A stretch of DNA of 54,848 bases, the filler included, from Circinaria calcarea (Eukaryota), in NCBI GenBank assembly GCA_051942165.1. It is 5 parts of 5 records of this genome, joined end to end, with 100 filler letters (N's around TTAATTAATTAA, not from the genome) between each part and the next. Parts side by side here need not be neighbours in the genome. Positions count along the whole stretch, not along the records: positions 43,978 to 54,848 come from JAVECS010000748.1; 4 more parts are not named here. One strand, given 5' to 3'. Below are positions 47,376-54,848 of the stretch, piece after piece. Under the pieces are notes generated by a model. That model did no database searches and had not been told where the DNA came from. It saw only the letters and a list, made by a program, of their open reading frames with translations. The translations under genes and the position numbers were made by a program. Each line of letters opens with the position of its first letter. Within the stretch, counting starts at the first letter, position 1.

Positions 47376-48766
47376 ATGAAGCTTGACACCAAAGCTTTAC
47401 GTTACCTTACCGCCGAGGATTGGCGAGTTCTCACTGCAGTACGTCCCCCGACCGCACGATAACTCGAAGCTCCGATCAGAAAACTGACAACTGACAAGAA
47501 ATGTTTAGGTAGAACAGGGCAGTAAGAACCATGAGATTGTACCCACGCCCCTGATTGCGCAAATATCTGGCCTAAGAGGTGGAAGCGGCGTCCACAAATG
47601 CATCTCCAACCTCGCCAAAATAAACCTCATCGCCCGCATTAAGAACGCAAAGTGTAACTCCTCTAATGCCTCTGATACAAGGTCACCGATTGATTGCTAA
47701 TTCTTTCCATCTAGACGATGGTTACCGCCTTACCTACGGCGGCCTCGACTACCTCTCCCTCCACACCCACCAAAAGCGCCAGGTCCTCTACTCCGTCGGC
47801 AACCAAATCGGCATCGGCAAAGAATCCGACATCTTCGTCGTCGCCTCCCCCACCGGCACCCAGCACGTCCTCAAGATCCACCGCCTCGGCCGTATCTCCT
47901 TCCGCAGCGTCAAAGCCAACCGCGACTACCTCCGTCATCGAAACTCCGGGTCATGGATGTACATGAGTCGGCTGGCGGCGCTGAAGGAATACACGTTTAT
48001 GAAAGCGCTGCGGGAGAATGGATTTGCGGTCCCGGAGCCGATTGCGCAGAGCAGACACACCATCGTCATGACTCTGATCGATGCGTTTCCCTTGCGGCAG
48101 ATCACGGAAGTGCCAGATCCAGCGGGACTGTATGGGCAACTCATGGAAATGATCCTGCGCCTTGCTAAATTCGGTCTGATTCATGGGGACTTCAACGAAT
48201 TCAACATCCTCATCAAAGAAGAAAAGCTCCTACCACCATCAAATCCATCACAACCTGATCTCCAAGGCTCCTCACCAGCATCCACCACACCTACATCCTT
48301 CCTCCCCACACCGATCCTGATTGACTTCCCCCAAATGGTCTCCATCGACCACGCCAACGCAGCCATGTACTTCGACCGAGACGTCAACTGCATCAAACGG
48401 TTTTTCCAACGCCGCTTCCACTTCACAAGCGACGCACCCGGTCCATTCTTTGCCGACGCCCGGAAACAGGTGGGGAGGGAGGGGGCTAAACGCTTAGACG
48501 TCGAAGCCGAAGCATCGGGATTCTCGAAGAAAATGGCAAAGGAGCTGGAGGCCTACATGCGTGAGGTGGGAGTCGATGGAGATGGGGAAGAAGGAGAGGG
48601 AGAGGATGATGATGACAGTGGTTCAGAGGACGTAAATAGTGAAGATGACTTGGAGCAAGAGGACCCGGAAGCTCTTGACCATGCTGCTGTTGATGGTGCC
48701 GGGGACTCCACACACAAGACAAACCAAGATACAGCCGAGTCTATTTTATATAGCAATCAAACCTAA
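47376..48766 (+). CDS. RIO2: Serine/threonine kinase Rio2
   Basis: MKLDTKALRYLTAEDWRVLTA / VEQGSKNHEIVP / DGYRLTYGGLDYL...GIGKESDI...LKIHRLGRISFR...IHGDFNEFNIL...IDFPQMVS. Confidence 0.96.
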
Positions 48767-49316
48767 GTCACGTCCATACAGATCGTTGTCGCTATTGAGA
48801 GAAGCAGTTTGCAAGAAGACTTTTTGATTTTGGTAGAGAGCAACTATTAGCTACAAGCTCAAAGCCACGAGCAGAAGATGCCATGTACAGTATGCACCGA
48901 TCAGGGGTGCTAGAGGAAGCCGATGGAGCAGCCGCATCAGACATTGGTAGATACAAGCATCTCGCCGACGACGTCGCTCAAAGACATATCGTTAGAGAGA
49001 AGCCACCACTAAAATGCATAGAGTAGGCCACCCATTATGATCATACGCTGCTAGAAATCCCTTCCAGCTTCCACAATCTCCTCCCTGATAATGTCGCGAC
49101 TGCGAATATTCTCGAGATTCCGAAGGTAATACGCTCCGACAAGTATGCTGAGTAACTGTACCGATAGGTCGATGTTGCTGAGCTATGATGATGGCCTATG
49201 CATGATGAACCGAACCGAAACCATGACTTAATTATAGCTGAGTTTGCTACGACAAAGTCGCCCTTGACCACCTAACGATATGAGCCGTTGTGAAAGCCAT
49301 GACAGCGGTAAGTTCA

Positions 49317-51548
49317 TTAGGTGACAATTTCACCTTTGACGGTGATGTTATGGGGAGGTCGAGACGGTGATGCACTAGCCTCAGACGGTGAAGCCTCCTC
49401 GTTGTAGTAGTCTGCACCATGATCGCAGTCACAACCTCTTGCCTGGACAGCAGAACCTGACTCATTGGCTTCCACGCCTTGTGGGTTCTTACCAAAGCCC
49501 GTGAAACTCGGATTGCCCATCTTGACGCGCGATGTGAAGCGGGAAGAAACCGGAGTAGTATTCTCGGTAAACGTCGCAGTAGTAGGCAAGACAGGCGCTG
49601 TCTTCTCGGCGGTCGGCTTGGTAGCAGCTACAACAGGAGCCTGGTTCTCGACCGGCGGCTTGACAGTAGGAATCATGGGCATGGCTTGGTGAGGAAAGGC
49701 CAAAGGTACCTGGTATTGAGCTTGGTATCTGTAATACATGAGCAAAATACAAGAGCGAATTCCATCTAGGAACTGCTTACAGAGCAGCCAAAGGCGACGG
49801 AGGGGCCCAGAATCCATTCGAGCCGGGGATCACGGTCTGCAATGGTAATGGGCTCGGAAAACTAGTTGCAAGTGGGGAGTGCACAGTGTAGGGGGACGAT
49901 GGACCCCAGACGGCTGTGTTGTACTCGTTCGTCTTGAACTGACGTTTTTCCGCAGTTGAAGTCTTGAGTCGCTTTTGTTCCTCCGTATCCGCATATCGAA
50001 TGTTGAGTGTGGCACCTTTGTCTCCAACCGGTTGACCGGTGAAATTTTGGATGATTTCGTTGCACTTCTCAGGAGATTCGAACCTGCGAGAAGCGTTAGC
50101 AGCTAGCATCTCAGTACAGCAAAGCTCCTATACCGAGCAAAGCCAACACCGCGGCTATGGCCATTGGGGTCACGCAAGATCTTGCAAGACAACACGTTGT
50201 AGTCCATGAAAATATTCTTGAGACCCTTTTGAAGATTAGCTAGTATTAAGTGTAAGTCCTGCTCATGAAAGCTTCACTTACAAATTCGTTCATGTCACTT
50301 GGAAGGTTAGACACGTAGAGGTTGGTGTTTTCCGGATCCCCTAGTGTCTTGAGCTTCTCATTGTGGGATACCTAGATTTCATGTCGTTAGTAAGAAAACA
50401 GCATTTGGGCGTGATAGTGTCCAATACCCTAGCCCACTTCGCTTCATAGCCCCAATGGAAGAATCCACGGATGCAATTCTCCCCGTCGACGAAGTTATGG
50501 TACTTGATGAAACCGAATCTATCACGGTGGTTAGCGCAAGGCACAGATTTCAAACATTCAAGGAAATGTACCCTTTGCAAAGCCCAGTACTCTGATCAAG
50601 CATGGATTTGGCACTAACAATGTCTCCAAAACGGACTCCATAGTTGTAAAGCATACCGTCTGTGGTGTTCGGGGGAAGACCACGGATATAGACATTGGTC
50701 GTATTCATCTGATTTTGTAGACTCTTCTCAAGAGTACCACGGCCTTGTTCGCCACTGAAAATGGCTGGAACAGGTTTAGGGATCATCGGATCCTGCTGGC
50801 ACAGGGCATCTAGGTCTAGATACGTATACTGACCGTTCGAAGTCTTTGCGAGCTGCTGAGGATACAAGTTTTGGCCAATTGAAGACGGCGTACCCCACGA
50901 ATCGGGGGATTGACCGAGCGCAGTAACCTTGGGCTGGTAATCAACCTGGCTATGGCCGAAGAACGGGGTACGTGGACCAGCAGCCTCTTCATTTGAGGAC
51001 CAGGACGTACGACGCGGTGCAGAAAGCTCTGGCAATTCAGCGGACACCTGACGTCCCGACATCCAATTCTGTCCTTGAGGAGTACCCGGCATAGGCTGCG
51101 TAACTGGGTAGCTAGCTTGCTGTAGATATTGGGCTTGGGCAGGAGTAACGCTATATGCTCCAGGTAGTTGAGGGTAGCCACCCTGGGACGTGCCCAAGTT
51201 TGACAGTAACACCCGTCCATCAGGTAGCGTATAGTACATGTGGTTGTTGGCTTGAGCACCATTCATGGGGGCTACGTTCACGGGAGTAGCAGACATGGAC
51301 TGATTGCCACCTTTGCCAGATCCGACCGAGCCGAATCCCTGGATATTAGCACCTGCAAACGCTTGAGCTAGATCATTCATAGTGTTGGCCGGAGTACCAT
51401 GCTGAAGGCCATTCTCCTTCATGATAGACTGTCCGTAAACCTGACCCGGCATCCCATATTGAACAGTAGGATGCCCGTAAGCATTGCCAGCGACAGGACC
51501 AAGGTTGAGACCGTTGGGGATAAAACGTTGATCGTTACGAGACTGCAT
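49317..51548 (-). CDS. Two-RRM RNA-binding protein, Spo5/Rim4/RBMS-like
   Basis: TTNVYIRGLPPNT...LCKG / FGFIKY; NTNLYVSNLP...SRGVGFAR / FESPEKC...LNIRYADT; long low-complexity N-terminus; multi-exon. Start codon tentative. Confidence 0.85.
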
Positions 51549-54500
51549 TCTGAAGGATCTTCGCGCCTATGTTTGACTTGATCAGCTTTGGGTCTTCCAA
51601 CAATGTGTAAACGAGGAACGTGGGGTGGGAAAGAGAGCAAGGTGTAAGGTAGTGAACGTGCTCGGCTAGACCTCCGCACTGATCCGGATACATCAAGGTG
51701 TTGTGACAGTAAATGCCGTGACATGCCGTGCTAATGCCCGTTGGAGGGAGCACAATAATGTAGGCGTATAGGGTTACAATAGATGTAGTAGATAGCATCA
51801 TCTGAACGAGCTTGGTACTGACCTAGATGCAAACACTTTGTGAAAGGAAGATGCTTGACTGGAAGTGCCTGGAACACAGTTGGATCAGCAAAGCGGCTTT
51901 GGCAATCACTGACAGATCCAACTTACCAGAGGATGGCAAAGGAGTCACTGATGGAATCTGACAAGGAACTGAGAGTAGGTGACAGTGCTGGTCAGCATCA
52001 GCGGGAGGTAAGGTGACGTAGGTGTAGGCGTATGTGTCCAACGTGAGATGAACGGGGAGTGTGATGGTGACAAACCTTGAAAAGTGCCTGGTAAATTGTT
52101 GGAGCAAGCTCGATATGACACGAGCAAATGAAGTAGTGTAAGACCAAGGATGAGAAAGAAGCCAGCTGCGAGAATGTGGTGAAGTGCAAAATGCTGCTGT
52201 TGAAGAGGTTGGTGAGGAGGAGAAGAAGAAGAAGCGTGGTGGGTCGCCGAAATAAATACGCTGCCGAACGCGCTAGGAGACCTGTGTTTTATTAGGGCAA
52301 GAAGGCCAATCGGGAAAGAGGGCCAGTTACCTCAAAAGAGCAGGAACACCGAACGTCAGTATTCCGACAACATCGTGGGCAACAACAAAAAGGTCCTGCT
52401 GGCAATAGTCGTCTTTTGTCCGGTATTTCACAGTGATGTCTCAGGGGCTAGGGAATGAAGATCAGAAGAACTGAGAGCAGGCTTGGGTGGTTATGAAGAA
52501 TCGTTCCCATCGTGGCTATCCCATAAGCGTCATGCATGCAGTAAAGAAGCGGTAATGGCTGGGATATGTCTGAGATGCCCGAGCCAAGGAAGAAAACGGC
52601 CAGACGCAGTCCCGATCTCGAAGTCCATGGGGCCAAACCCTGCTATCAAGCCGATACAAAGCTGTTGACTGAAGATTTCTGTGCATCGGAGCAAACTCCA
52701 GCCAGACTTGAAGTACTGAATGTTACTGCTCCTTGGGTAGCAAAGAGACGCTGGGGGTGACAGAACAACTGAAACGTTTGTATATCCAGGTTACAGAAGA
52801 AAGAGTCTTCCAAGCCTAAGGCCACCGGTCACTATCTTGCCGGGGTCAAGACCCAGAAACAGAATGTGAAGTGGAAGCAGTTGTGGAGTTGCCAGTCCAC
52901 AAAGCTGTGCCCTTCCTATGAAGCAGGGTGCCACCACAGGTATTGTATCCCTAAGACCTGGTTGGGTTGTGAACTGACCATTTATAGGATGACTGTAGCA
53001 CTTTGAAAGTATTGACAACAGCTTTCAAGGCCGCAAGACCTCATTTCGAGGATGAACTCTTCTACCTTGACTGAATGTCAAAACTACTTACATTAACCCT
53101 AGTTCTCAGCTCAGTTTTGGCGGCATCGTTACACATTGTCGATCTCCAAAGAGATACACCTGAAACACCCTGCAGCTCCCTACATTCATGGGGCTTTGGT
53201 CTGGAGACGCACGTGGCTGTCATGGGTTCTTGCATAAGAGGTGCGTTTGGTCGGGACGAGGAACGCCACCAGGCTAAGATCCCCAAGATGATCCACAGGA
53301 AATGCGCCAGGCAACAATGGCAGTATCACAAGGAAGAGACAGGCCATCAGTTCTCGCAGTGAACTTCTTATTCAAGACAGACGTGAGGAGGTTCTTAACC
53401 AATTTAGATTGTCGCCGTCGACCGTCACGGGTGCAGACTCTCAAAACCAAACGGAAGTGAGAGGTGAAGCCGGCCAGAAGGCGCAGGTGAATAGGGGATG
53501 TGAATTTACATTTTCGATTTATCATTCACACGTGGGCAGAGTGTCTATGTCCATATCACATACATCGTATGCGGACTTTAAGTCAATGACACTGCATTTC
53601 GCTCGGTCTTCCATGCAATGCCGATGGGCTTTCCTTTTTCACAATTGACTAAGAAACTCATAACTACCTGGACTCGAGTTTTGCCGTTACCATTTGGGTG
53701 CGTTCTACCCCCAGACTCTATTCTCTGACTTGTCTCATTCTATGCCGATTGCCGGTACCAAAACGCTCATCTTGCCACACTGGTCTTCTGTCAGCGGAGA
53801 GGCAATGTCTCTATAATCTCGGGATAGCAGAGCAGCTCGGTTCAGCCATGGACCTGCATCCATAAGCAAATAATGCCGACGGCAACCTATTCCCTTCTGC
53901 CCATGGCTGGATCCCCAGGGTTTGCTTGGCTACCTACCTTTCGGATCACGGCCCGTGACATGCGCTTTCCTGGAAGCTAAGCAAATGCATGCAACTCAAC
54001 CGCCGATCTACCTAGCAATCACATATTATGGCCTTAGGATAGATCCAAGGACTCGTTGGCTTTAAAGAACAGCCAATGGGTAAGTGAAGGGAAGAAAACC
54101 AACAGTGCACGCTAAGATTACGCGCTACCGCGCGTGTATTCACGCCCTTGCAGACGGTGCTTTGGGGAGGGGAGAATCTACGTGGCACAAGTACCTACAA
54201 AACTGCGGCCTCATCGAAATACTCCGAAGGAACCAGTTACCAAGTCGAGAGCTCTCAATCGCCCAAGCCATCTCGCGCGGCTTTTGGGCTAAATCAAGGT
54301 TCCCGTAGCTGGCCGATATTAGTTACAGGTTTCCCGCAGCATATAACATTCTAATCAACCCGGCATACGGAAACAATCAACCGACCGTAGAGTGGCAGAC
54401 ACTAAAACCTAGGCAAGGAAAACTTCCCCTACATTCTCCAAATCCTCACTAAACCGTATTATCAACGGAACCAACGAAACAACTTTGCCATGCACCTAAC

Positions 54501-54848
54501 TCCCACCCGCAGCTCTACCAAGATTCTTCCCCGCCACCGCGTCGAATAACCCCCCCCGGTTTTCTCGGCCAACAGCTGTGATTGATCTGCAGTCGATGTC
54601 GCTAGCCTGTCTTTCTCTATCCATCGATCGATCGCTGAAAATATTGTGTGCCGCACTGCTCGCAAGCGTATATAATCCGCGGGCACTTGCAGCTTTTGCT
54701 AGTTGCGGTCGGTTATGCATTGCGTCATGTAGTGGTTGTTCGAGTTTGTTAGATTGTTACTGCGTTTTTGAATTTTTTGGGTTTTGTGATGACGGGTAAA
54801 GTGTGTGGAACTTTGGACAGGGGGGAGAGAGTTGGGGCTGGGATGGGG

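Noticed and set aside
52448..54799. Short ORFs upstream of the RRM gene
   Set aside because: 60-95 aa, no recognisable motifs or consistent exon structure.

Overview
Filamentous ascomycete (Pezizomycotina) nuclear DNA. The window is not one locus. It is five contigs (10901, 10893, 10893, 10890 and 10871 bp, non-increasing in length) joined by an artificial N44-TTAATTAATTAA-N44 linker, so adjacency across gaps means nothing. Contigs 1, 4 and 5 are ordinary intron-containing core genome: a Pro-rich hypothetical protein, ADP/ATP carrier, KRI1, SIP3/LAM, YTM1, a B-box/GTPase/RING/patatin protein, an FAH hydrolase, AVT3/4, RPN1, RIO2 and a Spo5/Rim4-like RRM protein. Contigs 2 and 3 are accessory, mobile-looking DNA with many CAG/CAA/CGA-type nonsense codons (RIP- or methylation-like). 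Contig 2 has a DUF3723 gene (a known Starship auxiliary family) split by a 439-bp Mutator-type MITE (perfect 88-bp TIRs, 9-bp TSD), a broken LTR-less Ty1/copia fused to a hidden C2H2 zinc-finger fragment, and an intact KDM4/Rph1-like JmjN-JmjC demethylase with an unrecognised C-terminal domain, a candidate element-encoded anti-silencing factor. Contig 3 is an intron-poor cluster: a divergent Prp43-like DEAH helicase, a USP-like cysteine protease, an RS/RGG-rich protein and a split GIY-YIG-like nuclease; two convergent genes share homologous 3' ends. No Starship captain recombinase is present, so Starship membership is inferred. All family calls come from motif reading, not database searches.
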